A stretch of DNA of 64,000 bases from the NCBI GenBank assembly GCA_964620905.1, contig CAZUKA010000001.1, positions 519,646-583,645 of the forward strand, written 5' to 3'. The notes below the pieces were generated by a model. The model did no database searches, was not told where the DNA came from, and saw nothing but the letters and a program-made list of their open reading frames with translations. Positions 7,962-16,680 of the stretch are shown one piece after another. Origin of the DNA: an uncultured Gammaproteobacteria bacterium. GTDB taxonomy: Bacteria > Patescibacteriota > Patescibacteriia > S139-126. The translations under genes were made by a program, and so were the position numbers. Position 1 is the first letter of the stretch. Every line of letters begins with the position of its first letter.

Positions 7962-9560
7962 TATGGGATGAACGGACGCAAAACGTCCGTTTTTCTCTTT
8001 ATTCACGGGCTGAACCAGATGTTCGAAAATCTTATTTGGGTCTATTTTCTCTCCTATCAGTTCTCCCACGTGGTCAAAGATGATCTTGAACGCTTTGTGA
8101 TACGAAACCTGGGCGATTTTGCCGTTTAACGTGGCGTTCGAAAATACGAGCGACAGTAAAAGTCTTTTATCGTCCACCATCTCCTCCGTGTCACGGTTGA
8201 TGTAAATTCTCCATGCCTTTTTGGCCACCTGCAAAACCGTGACGCCCATTTCGTAATATTTCAGGTTGGCGTCCTTGTGCTTATTCAGCGTATCGAGTAT
8301 CTGTTCCTGCTCGACTTTGTATTGCTCGAATTTCTTTTTATAAAAGTCCTCGCTGATTTTGTCGTCGATCTTGTCGTCATAGAGCTTATCCAGCCTTTGC
8401 GTGGCTACTTCATAGCGGCGGTTAAGCTCGCCGGTGGCTTTATTGCGGAATTCTATCTCCTCGCTATGGCTTTCTTTCAAAGCTTCTTGCACCCAGTTGA
8501 GCATATTCTCTACGGCTTGCTCGTTTTTCGGGTTGAGCGAGTTGATTTTCTCAAGCATCTGTACGTCCACCGCTTCCTGCCGCACAAATTCGCGTTTGGT
8601 GCAGTTTTTATAATGATTGCAATGGCCGTACCAGTGACCTCGCTGTATCTCCCAAGTGATCCGGCCTTTGCATTCATCGCACCGGAAGACGTTTTTAAAG
8701 AGCGGATTGTGCTTGAAGTATCTTGGCGTGCCGTTTGTATGCATGATTTCCTGGCACCGGTCGAATAATTCTTTCTTGATCAAGGGTTCGTGTCCGGCTT
8801 TGGTTACTTTGCCATCCCAACGGTTCATGCCGTAATAAAACGGATCGCCCAGAAGCTGGTGGACTCTTGAGTGGCTCACTTTGTTGCCTCCCCGGGACCG
8901 CAATCCTTCCTCGTAGATGACATCGGCCAGCTTCTTGGTCGAGTAGCGGTTCGTGGCATACAGATCAAACATCCGTTTGACGAGCGGCGCTTTATCCGGA
9001 TCAAGCACGTGGATTTTGTGTCCCTTCTCGCCGATGGTTTTATATCCGAGCGGCGGCTTGGCCGGAAGCCATCCTTGAGAGAGTTTTTCCTTTTGACCTT
9101 TCTTTACGTTTTCGGAAAGAAGCCGGATGTAATACTCGGCCGTAGCCACTTTGACGCGCCACATAAACCATTCGTGCGATTTGGAGTCTTTGTGAAGCGT
9201 GCAGTTTTCTTTTACCAGATGGATTTTGTGATCGTCGCTCTCCAATATCCAATTATCGATCACCGGCACATCGGCAAAGTTTCTGGTCAGCCGATCGGTG
9301 GTTTCCACGAACACGGTGCTGATCTTAGCTTTGCTTACGAACGCCATCATTTCGTGGAAGATTTTGCGCTGAACCTTACCGGCGGCCGACTCTTGGATAG
9401 CAAAAACCTTCATGAGCTCGTAGCCGTTGCGGTCGGCATAATCACGAAGGAGTTTTTCCTGGGCTGGAAGCGAGTATCCGGTATCCTCCTGATCCTTGGA
9501 TGAGACACGGGCATATCCTACGGCTTTCGGCGGTTGATTTTCATTCATTGTCATAGTCAT
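7920..9560 (-). CDS. Large serine recombinase (resolvase + recombinase + zinc-ribbon/coiled-coil domains)
   Basis: YARVSS catalytic motif, DRLTRN, PPLGY, GHEPLI, CDEC...C zinc ribbon; last 13 codons are antisense to tRNA-Asn. Confidence 0.95.
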   Translation of the reverse strand: MTMTMNENQPPKAVGYARVSSKDQEDTGYSLPAQEKLLRDYADRNGYELMKVFAIQESAAGKVQRKIFHEMMAFVSKAKISTVFVETTDRLTRNFADVPVIDNWILESDDHKIHLVKENCTLHKDSKSHEWFMWRVKVATAEYYIRLLSENVKKGQKEKLSQGWLPAKPPLGYKTIGEKGHKIHVLDPDKAPLVKRMFDLYATNRYSTKKLADVIYEEGLRSRGGNKVSHSRVHQLLGDPFYYGMNRWDGKVTKAGHEPLIKKELFDRCQEIMHTNGTPRYFKHNPLFKNVFRCDECKGRITWEIQRGHWYGHCNHYKNCTKREFVRQEAVDVQMLEKINSLNPKNEQAVENMLNWVQEALKESHSEEIEFRNKATGELNRRYEVATQRLDKLYDDKIDDKISEDFYKKKFEQYKVEQEQILDTLNKHKDANLKYYEMGVTVLQVAKKAWRIYINRDTEEMVDDKRLLLSLVFSNATLNGKIAQVSYHKAFKIIFDHVGELIGEKIDPNKIFEHLVQPVNKEKNGRFASVHPIWLRGSDSNRRPTG

Positions 9561-9674
9561 TTTTTGTTAATAATTATTTGTTCGAATACGACCTTTGGTA
9601 CCCAACACCCTATACTAATTTTTATGACAAGCTAAGCGGCAGTTGCCCACATTCTCTAAAAACACCGCAGTTAA

Positions 9675-9860
9675 CTGTAAAATCCTGTAATTATTCTGTT
9701 TTTTGCTCATTTTGTTGGGTTTTACCGGGTTTTGTCGGGTTTATTTTTTCCATTTTTGGTGTTAGTTAGTGTCAGTTAGTGTTAGTTACTTTTGTTCAAA
9801 ACGTTGCCGTTTATTGCCGAATCTTGCCGAAAACCGGTGGTATCTGGTGGGTTCTGGTGA
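9675..9860. repeat. Five successive triplets of ~10-bp-phased direct repeats (candidate origin or protein-binding array)
   Basis: CTGT x3 (9675/9685/9696); TTTNNNGGGT x3 (9711-9740); GTYAGTTA x3 (9761-9790); TTGCCG x3 (9804/9814/9824); GGTG x3 (9836/9846/9856). Confidence 0.7.
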
Positions 9861-9865
9861 GATGT

Positions 9866-10438
9866 TTATTTGCCTCGCATCGTCATTTTATCCAGTAAAT
9901 CGGCCTTCATCCGGCGGATTTCCTGTAATTTCTGCGAGCCACCGTTATTTTCTTTATAATTTTCTTTAATTTCTTTTAAACCCTTAACTTCTATATCACC
10001 GCCGTCCGAGGCAGTCTGCTTCCCAAGCCGATCGGTTTTAGATGCAGATTGGCTTCCGTCCTGCATGAGATGTAGGACGGAAAGCAGAGTGATACTCCGA
10101 GGTTTGAACTTGGCATCCTTGCCCCGGACTTTCGTGATCGCGATAAAGCACCACTCCTCGAGCTTAGTGAGGCACTTCTTAATTGTCCGCCAATCTTTGA
10201 GGCCGGAGTACGTGAGAAGCGTTTTGTTGGATGCTTCTATGGTTTGGCTCGCCTTGTTGGAAGCAATCTCGGTTAAGGCGCAATAAACATTCCGCAGGTT
10301 GCGGTAAGCATCATCGCTGATATGTTTATCGAGCCACTGCTTCCGCATATACCGCAAAGCCGGCTTATCCTGATAAGCAAACGGCGCTTCGCGGTAGTCG
10401 CGGACTTTATGATTTTTATTTTGCTGGTTCATCGTCAT
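9866..10438 (-). CDS. Winged-helix protein, replication-initiator/replisome-organiser-like
   Basis: 'VYCAL...ASNKTLLTYSGLKDWRTIKKCLTKLEEWCFI' wHTH pattern; low-complexity linker; next to the repeat array. Confidence 0.55.
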   Translation of the reverse strand: MTMNQQNKNHKVRDYREAPFAYQDKPALRYMRKQWLDKHISDDAYRNLRNVYCALTEIASNKASQTIEASNKTLLTYSGLKDWRTIKKCLTKLEEWCFIAITKVRGKDAKFKPRSITLLSVLHLMQDGSQSASKTDRLGKQTASDGGDIEVKGLKEIKENYKENNGGSQKLQEIRRMKADLLDKMTMRGK

Positions 10439-10616
10439 ATGGCACTAAAAGCTTCCGGCCGCTCGTGATGTCCTCGACGTAGAAGCGCATCAAGGCATCG
10501 TAAAAGCCAAGCAGGTTGAAAGCGATATCGTGCAAATCGCGGTCATCGACCTCCTGGCCGAAGTCTTTTTTGAGGATAGCGCGGAGTTTTTCCAGCGTTT
10601 CCGGTTGTAAGTTCAC
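10416..10616 (-). CDS. Small hypothetical element protein (probable GTG start at 10616)
   Basis: GAGG SD upstream of GTG; amphipathic 'LEKLRAILKKDFG' helix; overlaps the next gene. Confidence 0.55.
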   Translation of the reverse strand: MNLQPETLEKLRAILKKDFGQEVDDRDLHDIAFNLLGFYDALMRFYVEDITSGRKLLVPYDDEPAK

Positions 10617-10621
10617 AGGTC

Positions 10622-10864
10622 TTAGTCCTCGGCATAAATCCGTACTTTGACCTGCTTCAACTGGTTGAAAAACGCTTGAGGCTCGACTTGAAGTTCGCGG
10701 CTCCAATATCGCTTCACCAGAGAATCCAGCTCATGGCTCTTGCCGAAGCAGAAGAGCACCTTGTGCGGATTTCCCCGATCCACGACCTCAAGAGAATCAG
10801 GAATAAATAATAAAAGCACCGCGACCAATGCCAGATCGGCGGTTTTGTAATAATTGTTTTCCAT
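10622..10864 (-). CDS. DUF5659-like small element protein
   Basis: 'YKTADLALVA...KVLFCF...YWSRELQVEPQAFFNQLKQVKVRIY' pattern. Confidence 0.65.
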   Translation of the reverse strand: MENNYYKTADLALVAVLLLFIPDSLEVVDRGNPHKVLFCFGKSHELDSLVKRYWSRELQVEPQAFFNQLKQVKVRIYAED

Positions 10865-11016
10865 ATGCTGGCATTTTCATCGTCATTAACTTCCTCTCAC
10901 ACACTTTTATTTTTGCAAACGGGATCGGGCTTCTTGAATACTGCGAGCGTATAGTTGCAAAACAAAAAAGCGGCTGTTTCTGCCGCTGATCTTGAGACTT
11001 ATTAACTACACTAGAA

Positions 11017-11682
11017 CTACACCTGTTTTATTTTGTACTCCGGATTGATTTTGTAACCGCTCACGGACCGGCCGGTTATGAAATTATCAACGCCAAGATT
11101 GTACTTTGCTTTGCGATTGATCATGAGCTTGGCATTGTGCAATGCTTTCCGGTTTTTGCTTCCGGTAAGCTCTACCAGCTCGTCTGTCGGCACGAATGTT
11201 TTACGCTCAAGTAAAATCCGGACGATCTTTTGTCTTTGCTTTTCTTTGCCCATTTCATAGCAATGTTTGGCTTTCGGCTCTCGGTATAAGTCGCCGTCGC
11301 TGGAGAAATAGATGACTTTCTTTTTATCTGTCGGTTTCGCTTTCTTGGCGGCTAGTCCGTAGGCCGCGCCCTCGGCCGCCATGCGAGCAATGCTCTTTTC
11401 CAAGTCTGCAACTTTGTTTATGGCCGTCTGATACGCTCGGGTCATAGCTTCCACGCTTTGCGTATTACGGTTCAATGCTTTGGTCAGGTCTACAATAGCC
11501 GGATCACCAGTCTTTACGATGTCCTGCGGATTCTCTATATTCGCAAAATCTTTGAGAGCAGACCGTAGCTCGCTAACGACAGCAGAAATGGTAAATGGAT
11601 AGGTGCTCGTCTTGGCGACAGTCCGTTTGATATTGAATTTGTACTTGGTAGCCAGCGCGGCCTTTTTCATTTTCATAGTCAT
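11017..11682 (-). CDS. Hypothetical regulator: coiled coil plus C-terminal winged helix
   Basis: C-terminal 'IVRILLERKTFVPTDEL...SGYKIN' resembles an OmpR-type wHTH; divergent from the HTH gene. Confidence 0.5.
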   Translation of the reverse strand: MTMKMKKAALATKYKFNIKRTVAKTSTYPFTISAVVSELRSALKDFANIENPQDIVKTGDPAIVDLTKALNRNTQSVEAMTRAYQTAINKVADLEKSIARMAAEGAAYGLAAKKAKPTDKKKVIYFSSDGDLYREPKAKHCYEMGKEKQRQKIVRILLERKTFVPTDELVELTGSKNRKALHNAKLMINRKAKYNLGVDNFITGRSVSGYKINPEYKIKQV

Positions 11683-11766
11683 CTTTCTATTATTATGACA
11701 AAACGCGGCGATTTTGACAATGAAAAATGAAAGCGGTAAAATGGTATCAACGGCTAAAATAATTTT

Positions 11767-11958
11767 ATGAGTGACATCGAAAAACTTTTCACCATTGAGG
11801 AAGTCGCCGAGATTTTAAGAGTCCATACCCGGACCGTTACCCGGTATATTGAGGCTGGCCGACTTAAGGCGTCAAAGCTTGGGGTCTGGCGGATCAAGCA
11901 GTCTGATTTAGACGCATTTTTGGAAGAAACGAGTAACGTTAAGAAAAAGAAGAAATAA
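11767..11958 (+). CDS. Excisionase-like helix-turn-helix protein (HTH_17)
   Basis: LFTIEEVAEILRVHTRTVTRYIEAGRLKASKLGVWRI signature. Confidence 0.85.
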   Translation: MSDIEKLFTIEEVAEILRVHTRTVTRYIEAGRLKASKLGVWRIKQSDLDAFLEETSNVKKKKK

Positions 11959-11960
11959 AT

Positions 11961-13493
11961 ATGGCATCACTAAATTGGATTGGAAAAGAGGCAGTCTCAA
12001 ACCACGATAAGGAGGTGCCTTTTAAGTTGCTCAAAAAAGTTAAGACAGCTTCAGTTGGCGACAACTCTCAAAATCTAATAATCCACGGAGATAATCTTGA
12101 GGCTCTTAAGGCACTCATGCCTCATTATGTTGGGAAAATAAAATGTATCTATATCGATCCTCCGTACAACACCGGAAATGAAGGTTGGGTATATAACGAT
12201 AAAGTAAACTCGCCGAAAATTAAGCAGTGGCTTGGTAAAGTTGTCGGCCGAGAATCCGAAGACCTAACTCGCCATGATAAATGGTTATGCATGATGTATC
12301 CGCGTCTCAAGCTCATGCGAGACTTACTTGCAGATAACGGATTTATTTTTGTCTCCGTAGATGACAATGAACACTGCAATCTTCGTGGTGCAATGGACGA
12401 GATCTTTCTTGAGAAAAATCATATTACGACTATTGCGTGGCAAAGAAAAAAAGAGAGTTCAAATGATAGCAGAAACATCTCTGTGAAAGCAGAATATATT
12501 GTGGTATACGCACGGTCAGAAATTGCCCAGTTAAACTTACTTTCTTTAAGTGAATCCTATATTGAGACCGCTTATAAATTACCCACCAAAGAATTCCCTC
12601 ATGGGAAGTGGAGGCCTGTTCCTATAGCCACGACAAAAGGACATAAAAGTGGTGGATATACTTATGAGATTGTCACGCCTTCCGGTAAAAAGCATAAAAG
12701 AGAATGGGCTTATCCCGAGGAAAGTTATAAGCGTCTCTTAGGTGAAGGAAAAATATATTTCGGAAAAAGCGGTGATGGGGTTCCTCAGCGTGTTATTTAC
12801 GCGCACGAAAGCACGGGCATACCAGCAAGCAATATTTGGACGGATGTAGCGACAAACAAAGAAGGAAAAAATGAGATAGTAAATTTATTTGGAGATGGTA
12901 CTTTCGAAACGCCAAAGCCCGTAGGGTTAATTAGAAGAATTTTGGAACTCGCAACGGAAAAAGATTCGTTAATCTTAGATTCCTTTGCTGGCTCTGGCAC
13001 AACCGGTCATGCGGTGTTGGATTTGAATAAGGAAGATAACGGAACTCGTAAATTTATTATGGTTGAAATGGAAGACAAAGTTGCAAAGGACATTACCGCT
13101 GAACGGGTTAAGAGAGCGATTAAGAAATACGATTATAAGGATGGCTTCGAGTATTGCGAATTAGATAAGCCGCTCTTTAATGAGCACGGCCAGATTGAGG
13201 AAACATGTGATTTCCGGCAATTCGCAACGTATATTTACTTTACTGAAACGCAAACCAACATTGATCCAAAACTGATTAATGAGAATTATATCGGAGAACT
13301 CGGTACGACTGAGTACTACCTGCTTTATCAAGGAAAGAATAAGAACGATCTCAATAAATCTTTCCTGAAGAAAATCAGAAAAACCGATAATAAGAAGGTC
13401 ATTTATGCGGACCGGTGCTTGATCGACGACGAAACGCTTGCTAAGCATAACGTCGTGTTCAAGCAGATACCTTATGAAGTAAAAGTCTATTAA
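11961..13493 (+). CDS. mod: Type III restriction-modification methyltransferase (Mod)
   Basis: HGDNLEALK, IYIDPPYNTG, LDSFAGSGTTGHAV motifs; upstream of Res. Confidence 0.9.
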   Translation: MASLNWIGKEAVSNHDKEVPFKLLKKVKTASVGDNSQNLIIHGDNLEALKALMPHYVGKIKCIYIDPPYNTGNEGWVYNDKVNSPKIKQWLGKVVGRESEDLTRHDKWLCMMYPRLKLMRDLLADNGFIFVSVDDNEHCNLRGAMDEIFLEKNHITTIAWQRKKESSNDSRNISVKAEYIVVYARSEIAQLNLLSLSESYIETAYKLPTKEFPHGKWRPVPIATTKGHKSGGYTYEIVTPSGKKHKREWAYPEESYKRLLGEGKIYFGKSGDGVPQRVIYAHESTGIPASNIWTDVATNKEGKNEIVNLFGDGTFETPKPVGLIRRILELATEKDSLILDSFAGSGTTGHAVLDLNKEDNGTRKFIMVEMEDKVAKDITAERVKRAIKKYDYKDGFEYCELDKPLFNEHGQIEETCDFRQFATYIYFTETQTNIDPKLINENYIGELGTTEYYLLYQGKNKNDLNKSFLKKIRKTDNKKVIYADRCLIDDETLAKHNVVFKQIPYEVKVY

Positions 13494-13497
13494 TACT

Positions 13498-15753
13498 ATG
13501 GAACTAAAACGCTACCAAAAAAATACATTAGAGACGCTCGAGCAATTCTTGAAGGAATTGCATAAAGCTGGCTTGAAGTACGCCTTCATGGGCATTACGG
13601 AAAAGCCGTACAGAGCTGAAGCTTTTGGCGAAGTTCCATTTGTCTGCATTAAAATTCCTACCGGGGGTGGCAAGACATTGGTTGGCTGTCATGCCGTAGA
13701 AAAAATAATGAGCGGTGCCCTACAGAACAAATTGGATCGTGGCATAGTTCTTTGGTTTACACCGTCCGAAGCCATCAAGACACAAACACTTAAGAAATTT
13801 AAAGATCGCAAAGATTGGCATCGCAGGGCGTTGGACGAAGCCTTTGATAATAACGTTAAGGTGTTTTCAAACGAGGAGGCTCTTACCATTCGCAAAGAAG
13901 ACGTAAACGGAAACCTTTGTATTATTGTTGCCAGCCTTGAGGCATTCAGAAAAGAAAAAACACTCCAAAATAAATATAAAGTCTATCAGGAGAATGGTGC
14001 GCTCTTAGATCACTTTGAGCATATCGAGGAATCAGATTATCTCGAACGAGATAGTGAAGGAACCGTTGTTAATTCTCTTGCTAATGTCGTCCGGTTAAGC
14101 AACCCACTTGTGGTTATCGATGAGGGTCATAAAACGGCTACTAAACTTTCGATTGATTTCCTCAAAGACCTTAATCCCAGCTTTATTATTGAATATACCG
14201 CTACTCCACGGGATAACAGCAACATTCTCGTTGAGGTTCATGCTTCCGAGCTGAAAGAAGAACAAATGGTGAAGATCCCCATCGTTCTCGAGAGCGCCGC
14301 GCAGTGGCAGAACGCCATTATCCGCGGTGTTGAAAAGCGCATTGAGCTAGAGAAGGATGCAAAGAAAATTAAAGGCGAGTATATACGGCCTATTGCATTG
14401 CTTCAGGCACAGCCAAAAGATGAAAATATCACTGTTGAGAAAATAAAAGAATTTTTACTCGAACGGAAGATACCTGCTGAACAGATCGCAATAAAAATCT
14501 CAGGAAAAAACGAACTCGAGAGAGTAGACCTCTTCGACAGAAAATGTCCGATACGTTACATCATTACAGTAAATGCCCTAGCCGAAGGATGGGATTGTTC
14601 CTTCGCTTATATTCTTGTTTCGGTTGCGAACCTTGGCTCAAAAATTGCTGTTGAGCAGATCATCGGGCGCATCATTCGTTTACCGTACGCCAAGAAAAAA
14701 GCCAATGAAGACTTTAATAGAAGTTATGTCTTTGCTTCTGCTAGGAACTTTAATGAGGCAGCAAGCCAAATTATTTCAGGCCTTGAGACTAACGGCTACA
14801 GTAAGGCAGATATCATAGGTGCGGATAAAAAGGACGCTTCGTATGAGTTGGAAACCAAAAAGGCGGTTTCTGACACGCTCAAAATGCCGATGGTGGCTTT
14901 GGATGGTGAACTGTTGTCATTTGAAGACTTGATTGGTAGTGATTTTGAGTTGTCAAAGCAGGATTACAAATTTGAGTTCCAGATCCATTACGATAACGAC
15001 GGCCGAGCGATCATTGATATCAAAGAGGATGAATGGATGCGCGGCAAGCAGATGTTTTTGAAGCTAAGTTATTCAGACAAAAACTTCACTAAGAATGAGT
15101 TGGTGCAATGGCTTGATAAAAAGCTACGTTTCCCGCTTTTAGAAAAATCAGACAAGGTTGGTTTTCTCGATAAAGCTATTGAGCACCAGCTTAAAACTCA
15201 TACACTTTCCGAACTTTCAGTAAATCGCTACGTCTTAGCTGATCGCTTGAGCGAGGTTATCAACGGCATCCTTGAGGAATATGCCAAGAAAAAATTTGAT
15301 GCTCTGTTGCAGAAAAAGAAAATCGTCACTGAACAGTTCGAGGCATTTCCGGCTGTTATTACTCTCAAGCGACCAGAGCCGAAGGAGTTTAACAAATGCT
15401 ATTACGAGAAAATCGATAAATTGAATGGTGAAGAGCGTGAGTTCGTTGATCGTCTCGATCTCGACACCTTACCCAATGTTAAATATTGGGTTCGTAGCCG
15501 CGAGAAAACCGATCCGTTTTATATTCAGGGTTGGAAGCGAGGAAAGTTTTATCCGGACTTCATTGCGGTCACTAAGAAGGGCGCAATCGTAGCTCTTGAA
15601 TGGAAGGGTGCGGACCGGATAAGCAACGAAGATACGGCATACAAAGTTGAGATCGGTGGAATGTGGTCGAAGCTTGGCAAAGGAAAACTATACTTTTTCT
15701 TGGTGCATACGGGGAATGTTGAAGAAGTGCTGAAGGAAGTTAAAGAATTGTAA
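13498..15753 (+). CDS. res: Type III restriction endonuclease (Res): SF2 helicase + PD-(D/E)xK nuclease
   Basis: PTGGGKT Walker A, DEGH, TATP, EGWD, QIIGRIIR; C-terminal YPDF...LEWKG. Confidence 0.9.
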   Translation: MELKRYQKNTLETLEQFLKELHKAGLKYAFMGITEKPYRAEAFGEVPFVCIKIPTGGGKTLVGCHAVEKIMSGALQNKLDRGIVLWFTPSEAIKTQTLKKFKDRKDWHRRALDEAFDNNVKVFSNEEALTIRKEDVNGNLCIIVASLEAFRKEKTLQNKYKVYQENGALLDHFEHIEESDYLERDSEGTVVNSLANVVRLSNPLVVIDEGHKTATKLSIDFLKDLNPSFIIEYTATPRDNSNILVEVHASELKEEQMVKIPIVLESAAQWQNAIIRGVEKRIELEKDAKKIKGEYIRPIALLQAQPKDENITVEKIKEFLLERKIPAEQIAIKISGKNELERVDLFDRKCPIRYIITVNALAEGWDCSFAYILVSVANLGSKIAVEQIIGRIIRLPYAKKKANEDFNRSYVFASARNFNEAASQIISGLETNGYSKADIIGADKKDASYELETKKAVSDTLKMPMVALDGELLSFEDLIGSDFELSKQDYKFEFQIHYDNDGRAIIDIKEDEWMRGKQMFLKLSYSDKNFTKNELVQWLDKKLRFPLLEKSDKVGFLDKAIEHQLKTHTLSELSVNRYVLADRLSEVINGILEEYAKKKFDALLQKKKIVTEQFEAFPAVITLKRPEPKEFNKCYYEKIDKLNGEEREFVDRLDLDTLPNVKYWVRSREKTDPFYIQGWKRGKFYPDFIAVTKKGAIVALEWKGADRISNEDTAYKVEIGGMWSKLGKGKLYFFLVHTGNVEEVLKEVKEL

Positions 15754-15765
15754 ATCCTGTAATAA

Positions 15766-16680
15766 ATGGCTAATGAGAATCTTGCAACAAAAGGACCTTC
15801 TCCAAGTGACCTGATAGAACAAAATTCTAAGCAGATCTTTGAGTCAAAGTTACCGCTGACAGGTAGAATATTTATCTGGTATCCAGACAAAAATCCTAAT
15901 ACTGACGGTCACATTGAATTTCTAGGAGAACATGGTTCTACAACTGTTAAACTGTTTTTCCAATTGAAAAGCAGTGAGCAGGATATTGCATATCATGATT
16001 GCGATCGTTCCTTTTTAAATTATTGTTATCAATCTGCTGAACCAACTTTTATAGTTTTTGTTAATATTCCCCAAAAAAAAGTTTACTGGGAGCACATTAC
16101 TCAGTCTTACATTGAGGATGTGCTTGGCGTAAAAAATTTGACCGATTTTAATCAACAAACTAAAAGGATAAGTTTTTCAGAAGAAAAACTCATAGATAAT
16201 AATGCACAAAAACTTATTGAGGAATGTAGGAAACATTATCAAGATAAGTCAAAAGTAGAGGCAGAAGTACAAAGCAATATTTCCGCAGAGCAAAAGCAGA
16301 TCGATATTTTAACCGATGGGGCGCAAAAAGAAGAGGGTGTTGATTACGACATAATAAGAAAAAAGTTCGCCTCGTTGCTTGGTAACATGACCGATAAGAT
16401 GATGTTATATTTTGCTCTGGTTCATATTCTCAAGCCATTTTATTTAGATCAAAGAGGAGAGAAAAAACGCAGAATACTCCTGAGATTCTTGCAAATAACT
16501 GATTCTCAAGAACGATTTCTAATAGAAAGCCTGATAAATGCGAATTTGCTAGGGAGAGTTGGCGAGTTAATTTTTCCAATACGCAAAGAAGAAGCAGTTT
16601 CCGTTATTGAACGTTACATTGATAATGGCCAAGTTGATCTAGCAGAAATAACGCAATTATTCTCTCAAAATGAAGATTAA
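15766..16680 (+). CDS. DUF4365-like PD-(D/E)xK nuclease domain protein with C-terminal winged-helix-like segment
   Basis: 'PNTDGHIEF...FFQLKS...LNY...PTFIVFV...VYW' pattern. Confidence 0.65.
   Translation: MANENLATKGPSPSDLIEQNSKQIFESKLPLTGRIFIWYPDKNPNTDGHIEFLGEHGSTTVKLFFQLKSSEQDIAYHDCDRSFLNYCYQSAEPTFIVFVNIPQKKVYWEHITQSYIEDVLGVKNLTDFNQQTKRISFSEEKLIDNNAQKLIEECRKHYQDKSKVEAEVQSNISAEQKQIDILTDGAQKEEGVDYDIIRKKFASLLGNMTDKMMLYFALVHILKPFYLDQRGEKKRRILLRFLQITDSQERFLIESLINANLLGRVGELIFPIRKEEAVSVIERYIDNGQVDLAEITQLFSQNED

Noticed and set aside
8277-9503. Long antisense ORFs (8277-8768, 8871-9503) inside the integrase
   Set aside because: Shadow frames expected in GC-richer coding DNA; no recognisable motifs.
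11961-13493. Phase-variable simple-sequence repeat in mod (phasevarion)
   Set aside because: No tandem repeat tract seen in the gene or its leader; the frame is intact.
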